A DNA stretch of 59,913 nt, filler included, from Dugesia japonica (lineage: Eukaryota), in assembly GCA_001938525.1 (NCBI GenBank). It is 6 parts of 6 records of this genome, joined end to end, with 100 filler letters (N's around TTAATTAATTAA, not from the genome) between each part and the next. Parts side by side here need not be neighbours in the genome. Positions count along the whole stretch, not along the records: positions 1 to 8,566 come from MQRL01317336.1; positions 8,667 to 19,870 come from MQRL01638626.1; 4 more parts are not named here. One strand, written 5' to 3'. Each line of letters opens with the position of its first letter. Within the stretch, counting starts at the first letter, position 1. Below, piece by piece: positions 1 through 11,489 of this stretch. A model generated the notes under the pieces. That model was not told where the DNA came from. It searched no databases and saw only the letters and a list, made by a program, of their open reading frames with translations. The translations under genes and the position numbers were made by a program.

Positions 1-976
1 GTTTATATTTCAAATATTTATTATCTATTTAAATCAATTAATTACTCTTAAATTATTTTTATCTTAGATTTTGTTTTCTTGATCTGATTGAAGAAACAAT
101 TTAAATTGTTTTATTGATTATAATGCAATTTCTTTAAACAAAGTAATTTTTGATTTCACCATTGATCTGTATTTGCCAAAAAAAGTTTTTCCATCAAAAT
201 TAGTTCCTTCTATTTTTATATATCAGTTCCAGTCATAATGTGGCGACTAACTTTCCTGTTAATCAGCATTTTATTTAATCTCCGGAGATTATTCAAGGTT
301 TGGGTTAGTATGCAATGTATTTACAAATTACAATATTCAATTTGTTAGAGTTCCAAATTTTCCACAGTAGTTTTCAGTGGTTCACTTGAATAAATATTAC
401 TTTGTTGAAATAATTTGTATTATAATAAGTTAATTATACGAAAATCTTCTATTTTCTTCAATCCAATTTATTGAAATAAAATAAATTTATGGATTTATTT
501 TGATCTGAATAGAATGTAAAGCTCAGTACAATTGAAATGAAAACATTCAAATTGTTTCGATAGATTTCAAAAGCTAGTGTTCTAAATACCGGGAATGTGG
601 ATTAACCCAGTTTTCGGGATTAATATAGATTTGGTTTATAAAAGAAAATTATTATATTACCGAATAATATGAGTCGCACTATTTAATTAGTATGACCAAA
701 AAGAATAATTTAGATAATTAATCAGTTTCCTCATACTATTAAAATAAGAGCTTCCATGAAATTTTTATGGGTTTTGTTGTTATTTCGAAAAAATTCAATT
801 CCTCACGAATACTGTCGAAATATTATCAAAAACAAAAAAAATTTGATCGAAGCTTTTATTTTACTGAAAAACACTCCGTGGTTATGTCCAACAATTATTC
901 TATTTGTAAAACAATTTTTATTATTGTTATTCAAAAATGAATGTCAATTGGAGAAAATAATAAGCACTATTTAAAT

Positions 977-1394
977 CAGGACTGTCCAACCTTTAGGAAC
1001 CCTCCAAGAGCCGCAATACAAAAATAAAAATTATCCGCGGGTCGCACCCAAAATAAAAAAGCATTTATTACAGTTTAACAAAGTTTTATTGAAATATTAT
1101 TGTGGGTTTCAATGGAAATTTTGCTGTAGTTCTGATTCCTTTACTAATCTAGCTATATCAATTTCTGTTTCTAATAGTCAAATCCAGTAAATTTGATAAC
1201 GATTTGTCCATAATGGAACTTCTATATTTAGATTTATAAATTTCATTGTTAAAAGGTTCTTTCACAAAGATAAGCACAGCCGAGCATTGATCGCCAGTAC
1301 TATTTAACTTTTCATGAAATAATATATGCATTATGGACAAATGATTCGCGGGCCACAGAAATCCCATTCGTGGACCGCGTTTTGGACAGCTCTG
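977..1394. mobile_element. Non-autonomous hAT-type MITE
   Basis: Imperfect TIRs CAGGACTGTCCAA ... TTGGACAGCTCTG, GCGGG(C/T)C subterminal motifs, and a perfect 8-bp TSD ATTTAAAT at 969-976 and 1395-1402 (8 bp is the hAT signature). Confidence 0.9.
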
Positions 1395-1915
1395 ATTTAA
1401 ATAATAATATCCATTATATAATCAAAACCAGTCACGATTGGTTGTATTTGGAATGTAGCTAGAATGTGACCTGTTGAATTGAACTGTTAAATGTCACGTA
1501 TTCAATATTGTGTACCATCGTACTTTACACATTTCACTGCGCAATTTTACTGAATGAGCAGGGAACACTTGAAAAACACGCCCGGACCAGGTGCAGCGAA
1601 ACGGTACACTGGGAGAAGTAAAAAATTGAGAACCGTGTTACCCGCTGGGATTGGTTGATAATTGAAAAACAATTTGTGATTATTATTAGTAGTATTATTA
1701 ATAATAATAGTATTATTAAATGTCAAATCGAATGCCAAATTAAATAGCCCAACAATACCAAGTGAATTAGTTCTACTAATCATTATATTTCAAGAAAACA
1801 ACAGCAATCAAAATCTAGACTCAAATTATAAAACATACCAATTGAGAGAGAGACATAACCGAGACATATACGATGATGACGATTAAGAGAGATATATGTA
1901 TGTATATATCTATAT

Positions 1916-4900
1916 CTATACACCCAACAAATCGTAAATTTCAATGTCATCTTTCTGTTCTTCTTGGGAAACAACAATATTATTTCCAGTAACTAAATTT
2001 GCAGTTTCTATCGGAACATCTGAGTTCTTTATCACAGCAACGACTGGTTCCAGGTAATCCAATTTTGCTGGTGCTGATTGTGTGTGTGCCACTGGTGCTG
2101 GTACTGATGCTTGTGCTGGTGGACTGGCGCTGGTTTTTGACAACATCGATTTACTGTGATGCCTAGACGAGCTAGAACTCTTCTGTGATTTCTTCTGACG
2201 AGAATCTTTACTATTAACTGATGTAATGAATGAACTGTTGAATAGATTCTCAATTCTTGCATCGAGAGCGCTCGAACTGCCATGTCCATTCAATTTTTCC
2301 ATAATCGATAATGTTTCCGGTTCCGGTAATTTGATTGGAACTTCTTCAATTCTCCTGACAATCGCTTCCACATCGTCCTCGTCATCATCATCGTCGTCGT
2401 CACTGTTGCCATTATTAGCATTATCGTATTTGTCTTTATAATTATCTGATTTATCGTTCACCGATTTCCATTGGGTTGGTAATTTTATGGTGAAATTTTC
2501 ATCTGGTGTCGGCAACAAATGTGACAAGCTTTTCTGGTTCATTACGTCGACATTTCTCTCGATTTTGTTGAGCATGTCACTCACTTTTGCTTCTAGATCG
2601 ATTGATAGGAGGCGCATTTTCTCTAAGTTGATCTCTTCCTTAGTTGGAGGCGGAGGAGGAAGAGGTTTCGACAGTTCTACTACAGTGACGGTATCAGTGA
2701 CGGTGGTCAGTGAAGAGGAATTGGTTGTAGAAACGTTAATATTGACAACAGCGGAATCATCCTTATTGTTACTGTTGTGTTGTGATTTATTTGTCGAGTG
2801 ATGGGAGTCAGATAATCTGTTCTGGAACATATCTGCTACACTAATAGGAATCGATAAGCCGTTAGATTTATTCGATGAATCAACTCCGACATGTTGGTGC
2901 TGCACGTTATTCTGGTGACGATATTGTGCCAGTAACGATTGGGCTGTGCCGATCTAGATATAGTTTGCATTTAATTACAATGTTCAAATTGAATCAGTGT
3001 AACTGAAATTACCTCGTCTTTCGATGCCTGAGTGTAAATCTCCATGAAACGCTTATAAACCAATTGAGCTTCCTGTTTTATATGCTCATTGCGTTTGTAA
3101 CGTCGACACTGGAATGATAGAGATTAGTAAACATACAATCTAGCTTCAGACTCACTTTCTTGACGGTGTCCATCAACTGCCAGACCTTGACCAACGAGAT
3201 GAGATCGATTTGCATTTCACATAGCGATCTGAACCTCTCCAAACATGTTTTGTAATCTTCTTTACCCAAAACCAGGCTTGATCTGATATCCGCATTGAAA
3301 TTTTGCAGTATTTGCAATTTATCACAACCGCCTTTATCATTATTGCTATCGTCAGATTCTGAGTTTCGATCTATCATCTTTTGTTTCTTCGGTTTCGGTT
3401 TAGATTCTTTTTTAACGATCTCGACATCTGAATCAGAAGACGAAGATAATTTCCGATTTCGTTTCCGACTTAATTGTGGTTTGACTTTGCTTTTACTTTT
3501 ATTCACTTTAATTTCCTTAAGATTATTCTTGTTTTTCTTGCTCTTCTCGCGAGATTCAAGATTTTCCGACACATTTTCATTTTCATCTCCCGAATCAATT
3601 ATTATCATAGATTTCTTTTCTTTATCTTTCTGATTTATTTTAGTCGAAGTTTCGTTGACCAAATCATTATTTTCATCGACACCTTTATCATCTGGTACCG
3701 CTACTACTTTTGTCTCGGTTTCTTTTCCTTCGATTATTTCGTCAGTTTTACAGTTTTTTATTTCATTTTCCACTTCATTTTCTAAAACTACTTCCACATA
3801 TTTATGATCTTGTGCAATTTCTTTTTCAGATTGATTATCCTTGATTTTCTCATCTGAATCTTCCTTGAGTAATTTGGGACTTTTTTCCACATTTTTAACA
3901 ATAGTTTCAGTAGTTTTGCTAATGACAAATTCCTTTGAATCTTTTAATTGCAATGTCGGTAAATGAATAACTTTGGGCTTTTCTTTTTCTTCAGATTCTT
4001 TCTTTTCAACAGGTAAATTCCATTCTTCTACAGACGATAAACTACTCAAGGAATCGTCTGAAACTACTTTCGATGATACTCTCTTTTTAGATACTGTCTG
4101 TGTTTTAGCTTTAATATTTCGTTTCGGTTGAGAAACAACGGATTTTCTTATATTGATTTTTGTATGCTGCTTTGGACTTTTAATTTTTTTAGACAACTTT
4201 TTAACCTTTGTCGCTGGTCGGAAATCTTCATCATCAGGATTATCCGAATCGACAGACAATGAATCACTTTCTGTGTCTGATTTGATTATTGATTCTTTTT
4301 TACTCGACACTTTTTTACCAATTGATTTATTTCGATATCTAGTTTTAGGAATCTTGTTATCATCATCATCATCATCTAACTGTTCAGATCGATCACTTTC
4401 ATTGGATTTCTCAGATTGCTTATCATCATTAGCATCCTTTTTCAGCATTTCCGAAATCAATTTATCATCTAAATTATTCTCCAATTTTACAACAGATGCT
4501 GGCATCAATTCCAAAATACTAGTTTGATTAACATCATAAATTATTTTGTCATCTTTAATTGGTTCTTCAGATAAATCACAATCCATATTAACTTTCGATT
4601 TATCATCATCATCATCCTCATCATCATTATTAACTTTCGATTTAACGTCCTCATTACTATCATTTCTATGGCGTTTTCTGGAGACACTCCTTGATTTATT
4701 AGATTTACTATTAGTAACAGCGATGAGGGGATCATCATTACCCGATACTTGACGTCTTCTGGTGACCACACCATTATCAATATTCGGTTCTACTTTTGCG
4801 CTCATCTCACAATTATTATTTTCTTTAGCACTTAGTGCTGAACCAGATCTCTGCCGTTTCTTTGGAGGAGTCATATTATGTGATACGTCCAATAAATCAT

Positions 4901-5629
4901 TAATTGATTCTGGAGATTTAGAATCGTCAACAGTTAATTCTGTCATCGCATTAGACTTGACACTATTGCTTTTATTTTCTTTCGTGCTTAACGTTGATCC
5001 CGATTTATTTCTCTTTTTTGAAACGTTTGCAATTTTAGCAATCGACTTATTCTTTATTTTTCCATTTTCATCTTCATCAACTTCACTATTTTCTTGTTTA
5101 CTAAGTTTATTCGGTGTAGTATTTTGACCATTTGACCTTTTAAATTCATAAAATTGCGATAAAAAATCTTCAGCAGTTGAATCCTTAATATTATGTTCAA
5201 AATTTTCAAAATGATTATTTACTTACCACTCCATATTGGTAAATAGTTGATTTATTTTCAATTTCATCCATACCTTGATTGAAATGAGCTCGAGATTTGG
5301 GTTTTCCCCATTTAGCTTTATTTTTTTCATCATACGGCCAACACGATGTAGGTGAAATAAAAAATACTTCATGAGTGCCATAAAAAAATATCGGAATTTT
5401 ATTTGGTGGAATAGTAATATCTACTGGAAGTGGATTAACCTAAATGAATAAAATTATATATTACATAATATCATTTAAACTTCATAATAATTTCTGTAAG
5501 AAAAATTACCCGTGCTGGCCAATAAACAAATCCTTTGACTTTTGCAAAAATTTTATCTCCGGGATTATATTTGCAAGGTACCTTCTAAATATTTATTAAA
5601 AAAATAATGCTACAATGAAAATATACCAT
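1916..5629 (-). CDS. HDGF-related/LEDGF-like chromatin protein (N-terminal PWWP, long Lys/Ser/Asp-rich linker, LEDGF/IBD-type domain, C-terminal extension), about 1150 aa
   Basis: Hand-spliced exons 5627-5629, 5510-5584, 5227-5439, 3156-5183, 3013-3108, 1916-2953; all GT-AG and all phase 0. PWWP: [20 protein letters not shown]...[13 protein letters not shown]-like: [23 protein letters not shown]...[28 protein letters not shown]. The ATG-only first exon is the least certain part. Confidence 0.9.
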
Positions 5630-5944
5630 GAATAATTTAATTAAATAATCACAGCAAAATAAATATAATTCAACTAAGTTGTTAAGTTAAAAATAATAAT
5701 AAAAATAGCTCAGTAAAACAAAAGTCCATAAATAATAAATTACAAATTCGCTACCTTAAAAATTAACACTAATTGGCAAATAAATGTACGAAAATAAAGA
5801 ATTCAATTTTTATTAAATACATTTCAATAACCATGACCAATAAAATATATTAATCAAAAACGATTACGCAAAACAATTGTTAACAGAAATAACAATTTTA
5901 CAGATAAAAGATCACAAGAAATTGTTTTAAATAGTTTTTGCAAA

Positions 5945-8024
5945 TTATGAATTATTAGGTTTGGAATTATCATCTAAACCATTATTATGCGAAATTTCAT
6001 TTTCATCAATGACGTAATCATCGTTGGTACTTTTAGAATTAGTCAATTTAGTCTGAATTTGAAATAATGATTTGTTAAAAATTAAGAAATTCCACATTAA
6101 AAATTTACATAAAGTTAGTGGGTACAACATCAAAAATTTTAACCACGAAGTTTGATAATTTTAAAAATTAATTATAGTTGTAATATTTATAAAATTGGGC
6201 TTATTTTGATCATGATGAAATAGAGAAATTATACAATTTAATTTCGTCATTTAATTTCATTTTTGTCATTTGACGTTAGAAAAAAATCAAAATTTTTAAT
6301 AAGTACAATATATTAATTTTTCTGAATAAACCATTGATAGATTAATAAAAAGTAATTCTTAATATTTGAAAGAAGTAAAACTTTAACAAGCCAATTGTGA
6401 AACGAGCATTTATCAGAATAATTTTGTCTGCTGAAAGCAAGATACATGTCGACTTGTTAAGCTATATTTGTAAATATCAATAAAAGAAATCATTACTGAT
6501 AGTTAAAGAATTAAATCAAATGACAAAAGAATTAAATTANNNNACTAAAAGTAAATTAAAAATTACTCAATCTAAGAATTAATGATATTACAAATTCAAA
6601 TAAAATGATAAATACCTTACATAAACATCCGTTTTAATAATAAGAAACATTGATATTTATTTTTTAATAAAGAATTTCCACAAAATCAGCATTTAATTTC
6701 ACTAATTTCCAATAACACTACGTTAATGTATTTTCAATTTAAAAGTTAATTACCAAACACAACTGAAAATATTGCCAAGTAATTTAAATTATTTCTAATC
6801 AATAATAATAATAATTAATGAAATATGTCTGCTCATTTATATCAATGATAATTATCTTGACAATTCATTTATGTGATTATTAATTCCTACTATAAGAACA
6901 CTGACACAATATCAAAAACATGGAAATTACAACACAGAAAATTTAGCACTAACTAGCTTATTTGGTATGGAGCCCATCGATTTTGATTGCTGCACAATAA
7001 ATTAATAAGTAACGTATTTAAAATTCATTTGATTAAATCCGCAATTTAATAATTATAATCAAATAATGTGAAATCAATCACAGTTGGTAATATTATTATT
7101 TCAATTGTAAATAAATATTGCTTATACAAATGGATTAATTATTCATTCAAGTTGCCAACAAGCATAATTCGATCAAATTTTAAACACTTATCGTATATTT
7201 AACTTTCATTTTCTAATATTATCATGATTTTTATAAACATAATTTATTTGTCTAAAGATAAACACGTCTATATATAAATTGCGGACGTTAACAGTACAAA
7301 ATAATTACCTTCACAGATGTATACGCAGTTCCCATTTTACCTTCAATGGATTTAAAAGTATTTGTATTTCTATAAAATACATAATCCTGTAAAGCATTCA
7401 ACTTTCTAACTACCTTAACAATCCAATTTTTTGCGAAAATTTGGATGAAGCTGTAGATATTGTAGTTGACGTTTTATCTTTAACATTTTTCATAACATTT
7501 GTAGTAGCTTTAAATCTAATTTTAGCTTCAAAATTACTTAAAATATAATAAAGAACAAACGTATTAGATTCTTTAATGGTATTTATTCCATGAATTATGT
7601 CTCCCTTCATTTCATTAATGACAGTAATACCCAGTTGACGCTTTATATCTTGGGCAAGTTTCAATTTTACATTGAGAACCTGTCGTAATGTGATGATTTC
7701 TTCCTCGGTCTTTAAAAGTATATTAATAGGATTGCCTGGAAATACTAAATTACTTTGCTTAACTGTTCTCTTAAAGATTCTTCATCAATGATGTCTTTGT
7801 TATTATCTGAGGAATGTAGATCTGTTTCGCCTTCTGATGACTTAGAATTCTCAGGCATATAATAATTATCGCCTGGAAACATTAAAATAAAATAAAACAT
7901 TTTAAAAATGAATTTTTTTAATGTAAATTTTAGTGGGTAAATATTATATCAAATATTATAATTTTCAAATAATTTAGCTACTGAAAATTTAAGCCATACC
8001 TTCTAAATATGGTGCCGATTGCAT
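5945..8024 (-). CDS. Tumor protein D52 (TPD52/D53/D54) family coiled-coil protein, about 190-200 aa
   Basis: Exons 8000-8024, 7754-7872, 7561-7709, 7414-7515, 7309-7369, optional 6954-6989, terminal 5945-6052; phases are consistent. Family motifs LREQLSKTEEEIITLRQVLNVK...IKRQLGIT and RNTNTFKSIEGKMGTAYTSVK. 3' exon usage is uncertain. Confidence 0.85.
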
Positions 8025-8566
8025 TTTATTAAAAAACAATAGAATAAAGACGTAAACAATATTTCATTAACTTATTGATATTCAAACAAAGATATCAATT
8101 AAAAAATTTTCAATTTGATAAATTTGTAAATTAATGTGTTGTTTTATTTTTTATTTGTGCAAAATGAGAAAGTTAATATGAAATTAAAAATAAAATGGGT
8201 TTTACTTTATTNNNNNNNNNNNNNNNNNNNNNNNNNNNNNNNNNNNNNNNNNNNNNNNNNNNNNNNNNNNNNNNNNNNNNNNNNNNNNNNNNNNNNNNNN
8301 NNNNNNNNNNNNNNNNNNNNNNNNNNNNNNNNNNNNNNNNNNNNNNNNNNNNNNNNNNNNNNNNNNNNNNNNNNNNAAATGTCAAAATAAATTGTAAATA
8401 CAGTAATACCTCTTGTAGCGTTACCCCCTTTAATGTGAGTTTCATTATAACGTGATTTAAATTTTACTTAAAAAATTGATAAAATTTTTGTGAACTTTTT
8501 TTTAATTAAAAAATTTAAAAGCCGTTGATAACATAGGGAAATCATAGGAATTTGGAACGCATTCTT

Positions 8567-8666
8567 NNNNNNNNNNNNNNNNNNNNNNNNNNNNNNNNNN
8601 NNNNNNNNNNTTAATTAATTAANNNNNNNNNNNNNNNNNNNNNNNNNNNNNNNNNNNNNNNNNNNN
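8567..8666. other. Artificial contig spacer (N-TTAATTAATTAA-N)
   Basis: The same 100-bp six-frame-stop linker recurs at about 19871, 32362, 41978 and 51216. Confidence 0.95.
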
Positions 8667-9198
8667 AACTACACCAACACAAACAATAACAACGTCTGTT
8701 ATGGACAACAATAGAAATTATTCACAAAATTTTAGAAGTATTCTACTTGATGAATGGAATAATATTCGACCGAGCAATATGAATGTTACAATTAGAGATT
8801 TCAATGATTCTGTAGTTGCATGGTTGTATTTTGTGGTGGAGAAGAGTGATAATCTCACTTCTTGGTTTACATTAGGAAACTTGCAAAGCTGTTTTCCTTG
8901 GAATATTCAAACATTAAAAAGTACAACATATTATGTATTCAGTATTATAGGATTAGCAAGCAATTTTAGAAGGTCATTTTTTATTAATGAGATCTTGATT
9001 TCTTGTGAAAATGACAGAGGAGTGTTATCGATTTATGAAGTAACGGATTTTTGCGCATATGCAAATAAACCAAACGGTTATCCTTTGATTGCGTTTGCAG
9101 TGAAAGATGGAGGTCTTAATTTATGGAATCAATTAATAATTTCTAGATCATTAGAGATAATTGGAATGTATGATGTAGCTTATAATATTTACACGTAA
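8667..9198 (+). CDS. Uncharacterised protein, probably the 3' exon of a gene whose 5' part lies beyond the contig edge
   Basis: Stop-free frame from the contig edge to TAA at 9198 in AT-rich DNA. The pattern FRSILLDEW...SWF...FSIIG...RRSFFINE..SCENDRG...C...YPLI resembles, from memory, an unnamed domain common in mollusc and other invertebrate proteins. Confidence 0.6.
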
Positions 9199-9864
9199 CG
9201 TTTCTACAATATGCAGTTACATTTCTCACGTAAACATTTCTTTTATTCACTTTTATATTGATCAGTTTANACTCGATATTTATGTTGTAAAATTTGATAT
9301 TTATTCATAATTATATTCATTCATTTATAAAATTTAAATATGAAGTGAATTGTGAAGTACGGAGAACCACAAATCAATGTTGAAATATTTTAATAAGTAG
9401 TATAATCTTCGACAAATCATCAAATAATTTATCATNNNNNNNNNNNNNNNNNNNNNNNNNNNNNNNNNNNNNNNNNNNNNNNNNNNNNNNNNNNNNNNNN
9501 NNNNNNNNNNNNNNNNNNNNNNNNNNNNNNNNNNNNNNNNNNNNNNNNNNNNNNNNNNNNNNNNNNNNNNNNNNNNNNNNNNNNNNNNNNNNNNNNNNNA
9601 TAAATAGGAAACAGTACTTAAGTTGATAAAGGCGCTTTGGTACAGCCACTGTGCTTGAAATTAATATATTTTATGCAGTTATTGCGTAATAATTTTCTAC
9701 AATGACTCTACCAGAAATTCATATTGCTTGATCAATTATTCCAAAATGCATAATGATTATAGTATTACGTTGTAATTTTTATTTGATTCTAATTATGCCG
9801 TTTNTTACATAATTTATTACGTAATTTAATTGCTTGTTTAAATTAAGTGAATTGATTCACTTTT

Positions 9865-10010
9865 TGTTTAAATTAATCTTCATAACTCTACATTCAAAAG
9901 CTTTCCCAGAATCTAGTCTTATTTCTCTCGGACATCCTAATTTCAAAATCCATTGATCAAAATTATCTTTTCGTAATGTTTCTTCGTCTTGCCTAGGCAA
10001 TGCTAGTAGG
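9865..10010 (-). mobile_element. Ty3/Gypsy integrase fragment
   Basis: LPRQDEETLRK..FDQWILKLGCPREIRLDSGKAFECRVMK aligns with the integrase at 20980-21393 (LPRQEEETIRK..FEKWILRFGCRRKIKLDCGKAFESRVMR). Confidence 0.8.
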
Positions 10011-10449
10011 TGGTTACGTGCGGACACGGGCAGAAGTGACGCAATCACCGTTCATGAATCTTTGAGTAAACAACAGTAGGTGTGAATTTTCAAACTTTGA
10101 GGTCAATTTTCACACCTTAATTTAAACAATGGACATTGATACTCAAGGAGTGAATTTTAAAATAAACAATGACGTTAGGTGTGAAAAATCACACTTTAGT
10201 TGACCTCAAAATAATTTTTTGTTTTAATTAACAAGAAAAATTTCATACATTATTTATTTTACTAAAAAATTAAAAGCGTGGCGTATTGAGCATAAAAAAA
10301 TTTTAAATTAATTAATTGATTTTTTTAAATAATGAGTAGGTAGATAGTAGCGCACTGTATCACCCCCCGAGAAGAAATTTTTTCAAGGTCACTGATACAG
10401 TATACTTGATTCTGGTTGGTCTGTGATCTAGTATACTCTATTCTGATTA

Positions 10450-11324
10450 GTCAAAAATTTGGAGATTTCGAATCTTTTCCAAATGAATACACATTTGAAG
10501 TAGATATGGTTATACCAACAGAAATCCAAGATGAACTGAATGATTTACCGGTTGCAGCAGAACATCAAAGTGCTCCAGGATCAAAGATTAAAATGTTAAG
10601 GCTGACTCATTACCCGAAAGAATATTATGCCATACACCGGAGAATGTTATGACAGTACTGGACTTAAGTAAGTTAAGAATGTACAAATTACAGTACATTG
10701 AGTTGGAAAAGTACAGACAGGAAGAGAATTGTAAGATAAATATAATAACCGCCCATACGGATAGTTTTTTCTTAGAAATGGTAGACATAAGTTTAGATAA
10801 ACAAACCGGATTAATGATGAAAGATCAGCTATTGGACACATCGAATTACAGCACAAGCCACACTCTTTACAGAAATAGTTTGAATTCAGTAATTGGAAAA
10901 TTTAAGGATTAGTGTAAAGGAAAGAAATATCAGGAGTAGATATTTTTGAGACCGAAAGTAGATAGATCCTGGCGCACATAGCCACCCCTCCCCCTCCTCA
11001 AGGTCAAATTTTTCAAGGTCAAAGTGGCTCATTTTTCTCGATTCTGATTGGCTGATCCATTTCNNNNNNNNNNNNNNNNNNNNNNNNNNNNNNNNNNNNN
11101 NNNNNNNNNNNNNACCGAAGTGTAATAGAATACTTAGTGAGAAAGAATCAATGAAAGCTAAGGCCATAATATTAATAGGTACTGGAATTTATTATCAGTG
11201 ATATCTTGATTGTTATAATAATGAAACGGTTTCAGTAGAGCAATTTCGAATAACATCAAAAAATCATCAGCTCTACAGTATCAAAAGTAAAAAAGTAGCT
11301 CTGTCTAATAAGGATGATAAGTGA
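10450..11324 (+). pseudogene. Polinton protein-primed family B DNA polymerase, C-terminal fragments
   Basis: YTFEVDMVIP...NDLPVAAE; VLDLSKLRMY; TAHTDSF (YTDTDS-like); LDTSNYSTSHTLYRNSLNSVIGKFKD; FRITSKNHQLYSIKSKKVALSNKDDK. Deleted, frameshifted and interrupted by an insertion. Confidence 0.85.
10957..11113. mobile_element. Second Polinton-type element nested in the pPolB gene (interior collapsed into an N gap)
   Basis: Starts AGTAGATAGATCCTGGCGCAC. The 6-mer ACCGAA precedes it (10951-10956) and recurs immediately after the gap (11114-11119). Confidence 0.75.
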
Positions 11325-11489
11325 GTATGGACAGCGAAATATTTAAGTCTAACATACGAGCATTATACATTGTAATACTGTTCTTCAATAAATATCAAGA
11401 TAACAAAAATAATGTATATATTTGAACGTTTACCGGTCCTCTTTAGGACCACAAAATTTAGGGCTCAAAATATTAAGTTCGATAAAGAA

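Noticed and set aside
130-400. Possible minus-strand exons at the window start
   Set aside because: Could not assemble a consistent frame or recognise a product.
2032-5127. Many overlapping antisense and alternate-frame ORFs
   Set aside because: Shadows of the low-complexity PWWP gene exons.
8611-8622. Recurrent TTAATTAATTAA palindrome
   Set aside because: Always centred in symmetric N runs, so it is an artificial contig linker and not biological.
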